Position numbers and translations under genes: made by a program. A stretch of DNA of 64,000 bases from Eledone cirrhosa (Eukaryota), in NCBI GenBank assembly GCA_964016885.1, contig OZ024741.1:207948001-208012000 (forward strand). Reading direction: 5' to 3'. This document shows positions 14,909 to 28,413 of the stretch, piece by piece (position 1 is the stretch's first letter; each line of letters starts with the position of its first letter). The notes beneath the pieces are model-generated. The model had not been told where the DNA came from. It was given only the letters and a program-made list of their open reading frames with translations, and ran no database searches.

Positions 14909-15307
14909 GAGTGACAAATTAATTAGAGCAAACAGGGGGTGCAAAGATAAACATGCAGGGAATTTGGCATTAATGGAACAAATGTAATATTTTAAGTAAG
15001 TGACGTGTTAACTGTACTTTAGGTAATAACGGATTTAGTATTGCCTTGCAGAATAGAGGGAGGGGGGGGGGGGGCATCGCACTAATGTTTATAGGATTTG
15101 GGTTTATGGTGTTTATACAATATATATATAAGTTTATATTAGTACTTCAATATATATACATTATCAAGATAGGCTGTGCAACCACTTACCTGCGTTCTTA
15201 AGAGCCGACTCAGGTACTTATATAACTGAACTGTAACAACAGATATATTGTGCGTGCGGGTGTGATGTGTGTGATGTACGTGTGTGGGGCGTGTGTATAT
15301 GATGCAT

Positions 15308-15507
15308 NNNNNNNNNNNNNNNNNNNNNNNNNNNNNNNNNNNNNNNNNNNNNNNNNNNNNNNNNNNNNNNNNNNNNNNNNNNNNNNNNNNNNNNNNNNNN
15401 NNNNNNNNNNNNNNNNNNNNNNNNNNNNNNNNNNNNNNNNNNNNNNNNNNNNNNNNNNNNNNNNNNNNNNNNNNNNNNNNNNNNNNNNNNNNNNNNNNNN
15501 NNNNNNN
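15308..15507. other. Assembly gap (200 N)
   Basis: Direct reading. Confidence 1.
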
Positions 15508-16877
15508 AGTGTTTGATGTGTGTTCGTGTTTGGGTGACTGTGTTTTGGTTATTGTATTCTATCTTAGTTTATTAGTGTGTGCTTATATGTGTTTGTTGTT
15601 ATTGTGCTTGTGTATGTATGTATTTATTTATTTATTTATTTATATTTCTCTTAGGTCAGTATTGTTTGTTTGGGTGTTGTTATTCAATTCATTTTTTCTG
15701 TTTAGCTTTGGCCTTCTAAGTTCTATTGCACTGGCCTCTCTGATTTGCCTATCTGCTGGGTCATTTCTATCTTTAGATATTATTTTAATTTCTATGTTGT
15801 CTATGTTACCGTCATGTTGTCTGGCATGTTCGTATAGTTCTGAACCTTTTTTTCGTTCTTTTAGTCCCCCCCCCCCCAGTGTTGGTCTACCTTTCACCTA
15901 TGTTACGAGCTGTCTCACCTATGTATGTTGTTGTCATGTTTCTACAAGTACCCTCTGTACATCTTATGCTATAGACTACGTTTCTAGTTTTACAGTTTAT
16001 CCGGGGGTTTACTTTACATATTTCCTATTAGTACAGTGGGTTTTCTTAAAAGGGTAGGTTTTGCTGCTCAAGGATTTTATTGTGGTTCTTGGCTTTTCTA
16101 CTACCTTAATCTTTAAGTGGGTCTTTCTCAGGGCCTTTCTACACTGGTTAGCTAATTTCCCTCCAGGGGTAGCGTCCACGAACATGACACTCTGGTATCT
16201 CTGGTTGTCGTATCATGAGGTGGCTTTCCCTATCTTATGTTTAGTCCTATCTAAGCTATTCCATGATTTGCTCCTGTATAATGCGCAAATTCCTTTCATG
16301 TCCAGTTCTATGAGGGTTTTATACTTCTCCGTGGCTCCTTCGTATACTCTGATTCTGTCTCTAGGGTTGTAGCCAGAGAACTGCATGCGGTTGATGAAGT
16401 GTTGGATGTGTCTTTCCATTTCTGTTGGGTCGCACGTGCGGGACACGTTCTTCATCACTCGTACCAAGTCTGCGATCAGAATATTAAACTTAGCACTACT
16501 GGACGTTGCTGAGTTTTTGAGTATCAGGTATTTGGAGGCCATGGGTTTAGCGTAGTCTGAGTGGAGAATTTGGGCCCTCTCGTCTATAGTGTTAATCCAG
16601 AGTTCCGTGTCTAATACAGGTAGTCTATTGTTAGGGTGTTTGGAAGGGTAATCAATAGTTACCGTTATACTCTGGTGTATGGAATTAGCTATCTGCTGGA
16701 TGCTTTCCAAGGTGCTACATTCTAAATCATACTGGTTAGTACTCTCTTTGGGGATGTCCTTATTACTATATTGATGACGTCTACGTAACGAGAGTACATG
16801 ATGAGGTCTATGGAGCTCTCATCGAGGAGATCTTTGAGTCTCCTTTCCCACCATACCATAAAAAGGTTGGCAACGTA
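15508..16877 (-). mobile_element. Penelope-like element remnant (RT C-terminal half plus GIY-YIG), same family as 9352-10534
   Basis: VANLFMVWW..YSRYVDV (degenerate YVDD) and LPVLDTELWI..YAKPMAS (ORF 16213-16710). 15640-16200 closely matches 9860-10432 but is frameshifted. Confidence 0.88.
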
Positions 16878-17163
16878 TTATTTTGATTCTGCTTCCAATG
16901 AATTATATCGTTGAAATTTTGTATTTTAAACTTTGCTTCACGACATCTACATACGGATTACATTGAGCTCTTCATACGGCTTAGACCCTACCATTAACTG
17001 CTGGATTTATCTGTGTATATATATATGAACCAAATAAATACATATATATTTTTTTAAATAAGACTCCAGTTGCATTTTCGATTTCATTTTTTTTTTCTTT
17101 ATACTTTCACTCGTGTAGGACACCCCGGTTATTTTTCATTTTGTAAAAAAACTTCACTTTTTA

Positions 17164-17224
<61 letters not shown>

Positions 17225-17230
<6 letters not shown>

Positions 17231-17946
17231 CATTGAACGATCATTATACTGCAACCACAAACTAAAAGCTAAATTCTCTCACTATAAAATAACTTAACAT
17301 TCGAACCCGTAACTATAACATCGCTTTCTAGCTAACCACCTTCTCTTCCCCCACACTACAAGACAATACACTGCTTATCACTATAAATGGTAACTCAGTG
17401 CAATTCACAGATTACTACTACAAACCCAAAGTTCACTCACCACATAAACTTCGTCTGTCCCCTCTCTACCTCTCTCTCTACATCTATTACACTCTCTCTC
17501 TCTCGCCTTTGGCCTACCTCCCTCTCCACATCTATGAACCTGCCCTCTGGGGCAATAAATAATTCCGACCTTAACTATCAACGCATCTCTCCAAAAGTAA
17601 CCAGTATAATAAAACCCCTACCATAACATTTTGATTAAGATATCTACAAACCACTCTCTCCTACTTCTCCAACCCCTGCATATCTTTCTCTCTCTCTCCC
17701 TCTCCCCTACTTTTCTCTCTTCCTTTTCTACTCTATCTTCCCCAACGACCCCACTTAAGGGTATTTACATTGTATATTTTACCATTCTGCTCTGAGGATA
17801 CAGTGGTCACAGCATTGGATATTTGAGTTCTGCAAATACTTGTAAGTTTGCATATAGCATAACTAGGCTGTAGTACCACCGTGGAAACATTTGTAAGCAC
17901 ACGGAATAAATTACCTTTTTATGATGTCTACCTGTTATTATTCATT

Positions 17947-17950
<4 letters not shown>
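17225..17950 (+). mobile_element. Probable PLE 3' UTR/pLTR between two (AT)n tracts
   Basis: C/T-rich non-coding stretch ending in an HHR, AATAAA and (AT)n. Confidence 0.55.
17788..17899 (+). ncRNA. Type I hammerhead ribozyme with about 85-nt stem II
   Basis: tgct-CTGAGGA-tacagtggt..acagc..tgcaaa..tttgca..gctgt..accaccgtg-GAAA-cattt-GTA-agca. Confidence 0.75.
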
Positions 17951-18024
<74 letters not shown>

Positions 18025-18190
18025 AAGGCGGGTAAAATTCCCGAGATCCATGGACGAGTTCTCTCCAGCGGTCTCTGTCCCTCATTATCGCTGCCATATC
18101 CTGCATCTCCAACAGACCAGTGTCTGTCCTTAGGGCATCAACATACATTAACCTTGGTCTTCCTCTTCTAGTGTGTCCATGTAGGGGCTC
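18025..18190 (-). pseudogene. RTE-clade LINE C-terminal fragment
   Basis: Minus-strand translation EPLHGHTRRGRPRLMYVDALRTDTG..MRDRDRWREL. Confidence 0.7.
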
Positions 18191-18350
18191 ACATATACAT
18201 ATTTATCCAGGTTTGAGGTTCACCAGTGGATAGAACTGGTCAATTCCATATGGTCAATCTTAATGTAATAATATGGAGAGTACTCAACGTAAAGCAGTTC
18301 AACCGTCTTTGTTTTTGTAATTGGTGATGCTAGTACGGAGTTAAATATTG

Positions 18351-18416
18351 TAATGAAATGACAGGAGGCTGGACTTGCTTTCAAGGATTTACACAAGTCC
18401 AGCCTCCTGTCATTTC

Positions 18417-18420
<4 letters not shown>
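18351..18420. repeat. Perfect 27-bp inverted repeat next to (AT)n
   Basis: taatgaaatgacaggaggctggacttg / caagtccagcctcctgtcatttcatta. Confidence 0.9.
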
Positions 18421-18456
<36 letters not shown>

Positions 18457-18573
18457 ATATGATTCCAGTTCCTCAGTGAAATAACAACCCAACCAGGAAC
18501 TGGGCATATCAGAGTATTGACAAAATTATACCCCTCAACAACATATGTACTTGTCTATACCACACTAATTCGG

Positions 18574-18628
18574 ACTGCCTGAAGAGGTCACAGCCAAAGA
18601 TGGCTGTCACCGAAATATATATAGCAGT
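18574..18628 (+). ncRNA. Type I hammerhead ribozyme (family B, intact core)
   Basis: actgc-CTGAAGA-ggtcacagcc-aaagat-ggctgtcacc-GAAA-tatata-TA-gcagt, within element 18461-18680 flanked by (AT)n. Confidence 0.9.
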
Positions 18629-18674
18629 ATTAAACGAAGATAAATTTTAAACATTTGACTTATTTATTTTACTT

Positions 18675-18828
<154 letters not shown>

Positions 18829-19149
18829 CCTTCATACTTATATATCTTCATTTATCTAAATATCTACTACAACATACCTAAGATAAAATATTAACCCCCC
18901 CCCCACACACACACAGACACACATACATATGTGCCCACCTAGGTGTATGTATGAGACAGAGTCGATAGAAACTCTGTATATTGGTGTGGATACGAGTATC
19001 TATTAATGTGTGTGCATGTGGGCGTGGTAGTGTTTTTCTTATGTATTCTTAGTGCATTATGAATATATATGAATAAACATTTATATATGAACGTAACCAA
19101 AGTTATCAAAGTTAAAGTTATATATATATATATATAAATTTAAACCCTA

Positions 19150-21270
19150 ACCAAAATAACCATAATAACAATAATACTATTTCTAGCAATATCCAACCTA
19201 ATAGTACCAATATCCACCCCAATAGTTCCGTTCCGAGCAACAACATCTCCGTAAAATGTAACTGTAGAACCAAATCAAACTGCCGTTTACAAAATAAGTG
19301 TTTAGATAAAAACTTAGTTTATAAATGCAGTTAAAAATAGTGATAATATATTTAACTATGTCGGTGCCACTTCTACAAAATTTAAGGATCGCTGGAATAG
19401 CCACAATCACTCTTTTAGAAGATCTGATAAAAAATCTTCTAGTACGCTTTCACATCTTATATGGAACTTAAAAAGCAAGAATATAGACTATTCAATATCT
19501 TGGAAAACGATATCAAAAGCACCTGCGTACTAAAACACGGCTTTATCAAGATTCTGTAAATTGCGTATTGAAGAAATTTTTTATATAAATAATTGTAAAA
19601 CTCTATTAATCTCAGAACAGAGATATTTAGTTCTTGAAGACATCGCCAAAATTCTACATTCAGAACTAAACGTAACTTATAATATACTTATAATATTCCT
19701 ATTAATCTCTAAAAGGATACTATCTGCTCTAACAATTTATATTTTTAATACTTTTAATATATTAATATCTCTAAATCATAATATCTCTAAAATTTATTAT
19801 AATATATATATGTATGTGTATATGTGTATAGATATTTATATATATTTATGTACTTCTATATTTATGTACTTCTATATAATTATAATTTTAATTTTAATTT
19901 TAATTTTAATTTTTAATTTTTTAATTTTTGGGCCAGGAATTTTTTCTTAATTCTTTATTTTTCCAATGACACGCTCTAAAGCTAATTTTTAAATGTAGAT
20001 TAATAACCATTAACTGTTTTTAGCAAAATCTATCCTATTCAAGACGATGTTTAAACATTCATATTTCTTTAGACTAAATAATTAATCCGACACTAACGAT
20101 TAACAAAAAATCGGAGTTATCTTTCCTTTTTTCAATCATAAAAACTTTTTATACATAACTCCGTTAATTTAATTTAAAACATTATCAATTTTAACTACCA
20201 ATTTATTTACATAAAATGCAAAATCAACTTCCCTAGTAACTCATATTATGAACAACCACCTATAACTTGAACTACCTATTTATTTATTTATTTATAAACA
20301 CAAAATCAACTTCCCTCGTAACTCATATTATAAACAAACTATCCTTTTAATAAAAATACATATGCTATTATTAAAATATATATAGATATTTATATATTAT
20401 TAAAATAAGATAAATACTTACAAACATAATTCTCCAAATATATACATAATATAGACAAATGTCTGAATATATTTCCACCAAATTAACGTTTAAGTGGTCT
20501 TCCTTTTCCTCTTCCTTTTCCTTTTCCTTCTTCTTTAACGATTTTTTGTTTGATAATCTATATAGCTTCGTTAAATTAACAATATTCTGAAAAATTCTCA
20601 ATGTTGAACAACATTTTTGAATCCACAAATTATTCTACTCTCACAACTTGAAAATACAATTTCAACGTCCTTCGTAATTCATACGCAACTTATTAATATA
20701 TATATAGATATTTATAAACATATAACCTATCCTAATGTAAGAAGATAAAAATACTTACAATCATAATTCTTCATATAATCTAATTGATTATATATACAAT
20801 ATTTAACTCATAATATAGGGAACAAACCTTTCCCCCCAAATTAACGTTATTGCTTTCTCTTCCTTCCTACGCATACAGTAACTTACCATAATTATTAAAA
20901 TTTTCCATAGCGTCTAAAATAACGTTTTTTTCAGCCCTTTAACATAAACCTCATTTGCATACTGATATTAATAATTTTAAATATCTGGTTTTCTCTTCCC
21001 TTCACTTTCCAGGGATAACTTGAACCGTTAAGGTATATTATCCTTGGTTGTGTCAAATATTTATAAAACATTTTGTATTTTGTCTGATGATAGCGTACCA
21101 AACTTTTGGTACCCTTGAAATATATATAATAGAATAAATATGGTTTTATAAATATTGTTTCCATTTATTTAATATCATTGAATATCTACTCCAGAAATCT
21201 GTGGAGTGCTCTGAATCAGTTATAAACAATTATATTTGTTGTATTTCCAACAAATTAAATATCCCTTCTA
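19150..21270 (+). mobile_element. Naiad-type Penelope-like element remnant with about 1.6-kb 3' UTR (family C)
   Basis: My translation from about 19256: CNCRTKSNCRLQNKCLDKNLVYKCS*..YVGATSTKFKDRWNSH..LSHLIWNLK, with stops. The 3' UTR is shared with 44117-45066 and ends in (AT)n. Confidence 0.85.
21076..21136 (+). ncRNA. Type I hammerhead ribozyme (family C)
   Basis: tattttgt-CTGATGA-tagcgtacca-aactt-ttggtaccctt-GAAA-tatata-TA-atagaata. Confidence 0.85.
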
Positions 21271-21378
<108 letters not shown>

Positions 21379-21445
21379 CAGGTTTAGCAAATAATGAAAA
21401 AGTTTCAAAATAAATTTTAAAAAATTGACTTTACTTACTATAGTC

Positions 21446-21526
21446 ACCTTTACCGAATCGGTTTCGAATCTCAAAAATAAACGATCATACGGCCTTCGTT
21501 GCAAAGAAAGATTCTCGTCAGAAGGT
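21446..21526 (-). ncRNA. Type I hammerhead ribozyme with full stem III and large loop II
   Basis: Minus strand reads acctt-CTGACGA-gaatct-[about 37 nt]-agattc-GAAA-ccg-att-cgg-TA-aaggt, in a 250-nt insert between (AT)n tracts. Confidence 0.9.
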
Positions 21527-21625
21527 TCTTTTCATTCGAAGAATATAAAATTCTTGAATTTAAATTACGAACTAGCGCTATCCAAAACTGTTCCCGAGAT
21601 GAGAGTAAGTGAAGTGGAATCAATT

Positions 21626-21682
<57 letters not shown>

Positions 21683-21683
21683 C

Positions 21684-21797
21684 GGCCTGCCCGCCCAGCC
21701 AGTGAGATGGCGTTTCGTATGGCTAAAACAGCAGCGTGATGTGACCAGAGGCGCCGAATGGCGCCCGACAGACTGGTCGGTCAAGGTCAAGGTGATA
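21684..21797 (+). mobile_element. RTE LINE extreme 3' end
   Basis: Ends gtcaaggtcaaggtga followed by (AT)n, like the tail at 8605-8625. Confidence 0.55.
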
Positions 21798-21911
21798 TAT
21801 ATATATATATATATATGTATATGTATATATGTACACACATACATACATAGAGCGTGAAACTAATAAACCTTTGTTCGTACTGCCTCTCTGTTTTGTTCCC
21901 GTTCAATTTTT

Positions 21912-22053
<142 letters not shown>

Positions 22054-22084
22054 GTGTGTGTGTGTACATTCATACATGATCATC

Positions 22085-22420
22085 ATGATGGCTGCCTCTT
22101 CGTTATCGAGTATGGCCATTGCACGTTATACCATTATTAATAATTATTAATTAATTCTATCGTGCAATGCCTGTGCGTGAAGATATTTTTTAAAGTGAGG
22201 AAAGACTGTGCACTGAGCTAATCCCACTCTCTGAGCGACAGTAGCTATAACCCGAAAAGAAGAAAAGATCAACATCTTCGGTAACTACTGAGCCGCAGGT
22301 TTTATATCGGAGTTATCCCAGTTTCCTGAGTTGCTTTCTCCTAGAAGAATGCCCTGACAAAGGCTAGGGGTCCTTCACTCCCTTTGGTTTAACCACCCGA
22401 TCTGGCGTCCAGCCCGAATG
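22085..22420 (-). mobile_element. RTE-like 5' UTR-derived repeat
   Basis: Related to 43247-43860 (atggctgcc..tcgagta.ggcca; gcaatgcctgtgc; ttctcctagaa..gacaaaggcta). Confidence 0.45.
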
Positions 22421-22591
22421 TTTCTATGTCCCAGCACATATACATACACATGCACCCATGAATATACACATATATATACATATGTACATGTGTATATACA
22501 TATTTACATAATTTACATACATATATATATATACATACTTACATATATACATACATACATACATATGTATATACCTATTTCAACACTTTCT

Positions 22592-22694
<103 letters not shown>

Positions 22695-24158
22695 CATACA
22701 TACCTACATATATGCATTCACACACACTTATATATATATATATATATGGGCGCACATATACAAATATATCTATGCGCGTACTTGTACACACACGTTAATG
22801 TCTGTGTGTGTGTTTGTACACGTGTGGTATAGAAAGATGCTGATAAGTCTGATACGACTTATCTAATGATGAAAAGAAACCCCTTGCCTTTATTATTGTA
22901 TGACTATCAGATAAAATAGAGAAATTTGTTAGAGTCAACGTCAATGTAACGTACAACAGAATTATTTAAATATTTCTATCGCACATCCACATCACATATC
23001 TTTAATCAGACATTCCCCATCAAAAATACCGATCGCAAAATCCCATCATAAATACAGGTCGTAATTCGACATCGTAAACCCTCATCATTCATCTTCGACC
23101 TTAAATTTACATCATAAATCCGAATTCTAAATCCACATCATTAACCTGGAACTTATACCCATATCCAACACCCGATTTTACATTTTAAATCAAATTTCTT
23201 ATCTTAAGACTACTTCATTATTCAAGATAATTTTTTAAGATTTTAAATCACAGTAATAAATACATGTTGAATCCATATACCGTATTCAGATTCGAATTAT
23301 CGAATCCTAAATTCAGATCTTCTAAGACCTGGCACTAAATATCCATTTGAATCGATATAACAGACGAAAAGCCAAAATATGCGGTGCACCAGAATGGCCG
23401 CAATCAAATCACTGAGACAAGTTTTCGAAACATAGGCAAGATAATTTAGTGAATTGTTACATAAAAATTAAACCAGTAAGTTCGATCGTTGTCACAAACT
23501 GTCAAAAGAGCCATAGTGATCCCTAATTTTGCAGTGAAACTAAACCGAAATGAATATGACTATGTTGATTTATGTATAACCAACGTTAGGGTAAGGGTTA
23601 GGATTAGCGTTGTAACGCGTTGTAACCCCTCAGAGGAATAAGTGGACGACGAAGAAGTAATCATGATAGATTCCTTAGAGTCGTAAGAGCTGCAAATAGA
23701 TTGTGTTACGATAGTTGTTTCAGCACAATGCTCTCTGGGTTTGAATCCAGTCGAAGCATTCTTTGTCTTTTGTTCTTTCGGGGTCAAAAGAGTAAGTACC
23801 AGCTCTGTGCTGGTGAAACTGTCTCCCCATCTTGAATATTCTGATTGGTCGATGGCGGAAGTGCCGAGGGAGTGCTTATGTCTGCTTACAACTACATGGG
23901 TCCTGAATTCCTTAGCGAAATCTTACATACATACAGATAGCTATGTGAATATGTGAATATGTAGATATTATTTTAGAGATTATTTGGCAGAGGGCTACGC
24001 TTAAACCGAAACGGGATAAGCATAGACGTCAATTCAGGAATCCCTATTTCCTTAAGAGTTGAGTATCAAGTTAAATAATGGTCTTAATGCTCTTAACTAG
24101 AAACATCTCTTCCATAAACACACACACGCGTAAGTATGTGTACACACATACACACGTG

Positions 24159-24190
<32 letters not shown>

Positions 24191-24230
24191 ATGAAATATA
24201 AGAATCAAAGAACTGTTCAAAACATTATTG

Positions 24231-24277
24231 TGCTTACAGCTGTTTCCTCCAAACCGAGGTTTGGATTCTTCGGAGCA
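24231..24277 (-). ncRNA. Type I hammerhead ribozyme, CCGAAGA core variant
   Basis: Minus strand reads tgct-CCGAAGA-atccaaacc-tc-ggtttggag-GAAA-cagctg-TA-agca. Confidence 0.8.
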
Positions 24278-25720
24278 ATTTATTAATGCATGGACAGTTA
24301 TATGACCTCCTTTTCAGCCGAGAGACATACCAACACATATTCAAACATTGATACATATTCAAACATTGTGGGTCAACATTCATTACAAAATTTAGAGTGG
24401 CAGTACACACTTCGAGATTACATTTATATTAATAGGTACAATCAAAAATCAAAGATATAGGTTAAAGTACAACATGAAGATAAGTGGTTATATAGTGCAA
24501 ATGTTATATGTGTGGCACGCATGTGCGTCTTGTTTATATAGTGTGGCAGAGAGATATGTGTGGTAGGGGCACTTAGGTAGGTAAATAAGAGTGTTAGGTT
24601 GGTAGATCTGGTGGCAAAGTCTTTATATGATTGATGTAGTCTGTGTGTGGAGAAATATTATAAGCATTAAAGATAGTGCAAGCATTAAAAGTGTTATAAG
24701 TATTGGAGATGCACAACGCAGGGATGTCAAGTAATTCATGTACTTCGGCATTTTCATGGTCAAGGGAGTGTATATTTCGATTATATGCCTTTCACATAAT
24801 CCACGACAATCCAGTTAGAGATCGTAGTCTGGTGTTCTTTAGTTCGATACAGGAGGTTGTTACGTTTCGAGAGACGCCATTGAATACCGGAAGTGTGTGT
24901 GTGGCTAAGGGGAGTTAATGCATGCGGGGAGGTAACTCTGGGGTTTCTATATCTAGCCATTAAAATGTGTCCCAATATGGACCCTAAATTCTATGGTGAG
25001 GTGCACCTTCCAAGAGAGACTTTTAAAGCATAAAGTGTACTAACTATAGAGTAGTTTAACTAAATTATGCTGAAGGTGATCATATTATTATTAAGGTGGA
25101 TTAACCCATCTTAAGGTGCTACAAATGGAAATTATAGATGATGAGCGAGGATTCTAAATTAATGGTCTCTGTGGTTGTAGTCTGCTCATATGACCAGGCG
25201 CGGTGATTGCAGGATTGCTTCAGGACCCAATGATCTCTGGTAAGATCTGGGTCATCGCTTGCTACATTGGATGTCGAAAGATAATCGTCCCCAGGCAGTC
25301 CAAAGGTCAATCCGCAGTCCTCGCGACCCCTCTCTGACCGTCAGATCATCCATATACGTACAACCCGCACGGCAGTTGCATTGCATTCACTCACTGCGCT
25401 CAGCAGCCCGGTCCTACTGGTCAACAGCGCTACTCGATTAAATCATTTTACATCTGTCTAAGGAAGGTGTTTCCTCTGCCCAACACCATCCAACCGATCA
25501 ATTCATGCTCAAATTACCCTTAGAGCGGTGTAGTGCCGTCCAGGTGGGTGGATGTTGTCACACCTGCCGTAGAGGTATAAATGGGTATTTTCCCTGCGAA
25601 GGGTTCCAGAGGGATGTCGTTGTTTGTGTTATAATGGATCAGCTAGTGTTGGGTATGTAGTATAGGGTGTGTCTCTGGTGTCTGATGCTAGATGTGGTGT
25701 TAGGTTCCAGTCCGACATTG

Positions 25721-26908
25721 CTATATATAGGGCTTAAAGTTTTGGAAGGAATGTCTGAGGCGGTGCTGGCAAGTTGCAAACACCTCAGATTTTTTGTTAA
25801 GTAGGTTACGGTTGGAGAAGATAATATTGTGTGTCTCTAGTATACAGAGGTTACAGAATTTATTAGGTGGTTTGTACGAGGTCGCGCTGCCTATCACTTC
25901 CCATTTGAGTGTGTATGGTTTATTTTTAGATTTTAGATAGTGTATGTAGCTAGAAAGTGAGGTGGAGTTGGCTAGGCTGTGCTTTTTGAACGAGTGGATG
26001 TGCGAGTTATATCTAATTTTGAAGCAGTTAGAAGTGGAGCCTACATAGGTTTCTGAAGAGTTATTAGTCGTGACTGTGCATGAGTATATGACATCCTTGG
26101 TTAGGCATTTTTTATCTAAAGGGCAGGTTCTATTAGCTCTACAGTTACAATTATTCTGTGCGTTAGTCCGCTGGTTATAATGCAATGCGGAAGTCTGTGT
26201 GGTGGATATAGGATTTTGGGTGTTCAGGTTGACAACCCTGGTGTTATTACTTATACTAGTGTTATTTCTATTGTTACTGCCGTTGCTATTGTTGCTTGCT
26301 ACAGTGGTATTTAGAGGGTTTGCATCCCGTTGTGATTTTGTTTGTTGGAAGTAAGAACTAATTTTACTATTATTGCTGCTAGCTATGTGGTATGCTAAGT
26401 TAGGCGTCGTAGAGTATGAGATTTTAATGGTGTTTTTGTTTAAGAGGTTGTGGTACTTGTGTCCTAGAGGGAAGTTTTTATCTAGTAGTGAGAAGAAAGC
26501 CCTAGGTATGTTGGTGGAGACATTTAGGTTGAAAGGAGGGTTGAAAAATGTATTATTTCTTCTTCTATTTTTGCTTTTAGTGTTTGGTGTGTTGCTTCCT
26601 CCTAAGGCCTCACAGTAGTTTCCATGGTAATGGTTACTTCCGGTGGCACCCTCCGCTTTGGTGTACTTGTGGTTGCTATTCCTATTATTAGATTTCCTCA
26701 TGGACATGTTGTGCGAGATGATGTTGTAGCTATGTGTTTTCTTAGGTAGGAACTCTATTTCTATATTATGGCCGGAGCTAGCTAATGCTTGATTGTAATA
26801 TTGTGAGTTTTTGCTAAATATGTTTGCGTCATAGGACAGACTAGAGATTCTATTGGACACCCCCTTAGAGATAGAGTTTAATATTGATCTAGGTCCATAT
26901 TGGGACAC
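25721..26908 (-). CDS. C-terminal part of a PLE polyprotein: RT thumb/linker, CxCx5C Zn-finger and GIY-YIG endonuclease (5'-truncated)
   Basis: Open for 395 aa: FFNPPFN..IKISYSTTPNL..CNCRANRTCPLDKKC..VIYSC..YVGST..FKIRYNSH..CNLCILE..LLNKKSE..CQH. The first few codons belong to the inverted pLTR. Confidence 0.9.
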   Translation of the reverse strand: MSQYGPRSILNSISKGVSNRISSLSYDANIFSKNSQYYNQALASSGHNIEIEFLPKKTHSYNIISHNMSMRKSNNRNSNHKYTKAEGATGSNHYHGNYCEALGGSNTPNTKSKNRRRNNTFFNPPFNLNVSTNIPRAFFSLLDKNFPLGHKYHNLLNKNTIKISYSTTPNLAYHIASSNNSKISSYFQQTKSQRDANPLNTTVASNNSNGSNNRNNTSISNNTRVVNLNTQNPISTTQTSALHYNQRTNAQNNCNCRANRTCPLDKKCLTKDVIYSCTVTTNNSSETYVGSTSNCFKIRYNSHIHSFKKHSLANSTSLSSYIHYLKSKNKPYTLKWEVIGSATSYKPPNKFCNLCILETHNIIFSNRNLLNKKSEVFATCQHRLRHSFQNFKPYI

Positions 26909-27597
26909 ATTTTAATGGCTAGATATAGAAACCCCAGAGTTACCTCCCCGCATGCATTAACTCCCCTTAGCCACACACACACTTCCGGTATTCAATGGCG
27001 TCTCTCGAAACGTAACAACCTCCTGTATCGAACTAAAGAACACCAGACTACGATCTCTAACTGGATTGTCGTGGATTATGTGAAAGGCATATAATCGAAA
27101 TATACACTCCCTTGACCATGAAAATGCCGAAGTACATGAATTACTTGACATCCCTGCGTTGTGCATCTCCAATACTTATAACACTTTTAATGCTTGCACT
27201 ATCTTTAATGCTTATAATATTTCTCCACACACAGACTACATCAATCATATAAAGACTTTGCCACCAGATCTACCAACCTAACACTCTTATTTACCTACCT
27301 AAGTGCCCCTACCACACATATCTCTCTGCCACACTATATAAACAAGACGCACATGCGTGCCACACATATAACATTTGCACTATATAACCACTTATCTTCA
27401 TGTTGTACTTTAACCTATATCTTTGATTTTTGATTGTACCTATTAATATAAATGTAATCTCGAAGTGTGTACTGCCACTCTAAATTTTGTAATGAATGTT
27501 GACCCACAATGTTTGAATATGTATCAATGTTTGAATATGTGTTGGTATGTCTCTCGGCTGAAAAGGAGGTCATATAACTGTCCATGCATTAATAAAT

Positions 27598-27644
27598 TGC
27601 TCCGAAGAATCCAAACCTCGGTTTGGAGGAAACAGCTGTAAGCA
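27598..27644 (+). ncRNA. Type I hammerhead ribozyme, CCGAAGA core variant
   Basis: Inverted twin of 24231-24277. Confidence 0.8.
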
Positions 27645-27870
27645 CAATAATGTTTTGAACAGTTCTTTGATTCTTATATTTCATATAACTGCTCTGTAAA
27701 TCATCTGATGTTTTTACATTGAGCTACTTAACTTACTGGTAATAAGGTAGTAATACATTACTGCCTACCACTATTTAGGGTGTGTGTAAAATACTTACAA
27801 CTGCTTAAGGTTTTGTGTTTACATAACCATAAATAGTATAACTAATACTATATATATATATATATATATA

Positions 27871-28211
27871 TATTAATTCAAAATATTAATAAATGTAGAC
27901 ATTCACGTAATCAAAATATATTTTATTATATATATTTCGGAGGTACTGTGGTGTTTTTTCAGTACGTCCTCATCAGATAAAATACATAAATTGATGTATG
28001 ACATACCTCAACTGTGCTGATGTTTCAATTCCAGTCTTGGCAGACTCCGAAATATATATAATAAAATATATTTTGATTAGGTGAATGTCTACATTTATTA
28101 ATATTTTGAATTAATATTAATAACGCCAGAAAACTTTTGCCAGTTGAGTGCTTCTAATCTATTGTAAAACGATATTCATTGATTAATCAATGAACCTTGT
28201 TTAACTTTTGG

Positions 28212-28213
<2 letters not shown>
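27871..28213. mobile_element. Head-to-head inverted PLE pLTR fragments between (AT)n tracts
   Basis: 27871-27942 is the reverse complement of about 28045-28116. Confidence 0.75.
27919..27984 (-). ncRNA. Type I hammerhead ribozyme (intact)
   Basis: Minus strand reads tattttat-CTGATGA-ggacgtactg-aaaaaacacca-cagtacctcc-GAAA-tatata-TA-ataaaata, with a perfect 8-bp stem I. Confidence 0.9.
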
Positions 28214-28254
<41 letters not shown>

Positions 28255-28296
28255 TATGATGATAATCCCTTCGTTCTTAACTAGTAACATCTCATC

Positions 28297-28413
<117 letters not shown>

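Larger units (their letters stand above)
24188..27848 (-). mobile_element. Young Naiad-type Penelope-like element, 5'-truncated, with 796-bp inverted pLTRs
   Basis: 24188-24983 and 26892-27687 are reverse complements (identical 64- and 71-aa ORFs in both arms). An internal GIY-YIG ORF is present and both ends lie in (AT)n. Confidence 0.92.

Noticed and set aside
24703-27172. Duplicated 64- and 71-aa ORFs on opposite strands
   Set aside because: By-products of the inverted pLTR, with no protein motif.
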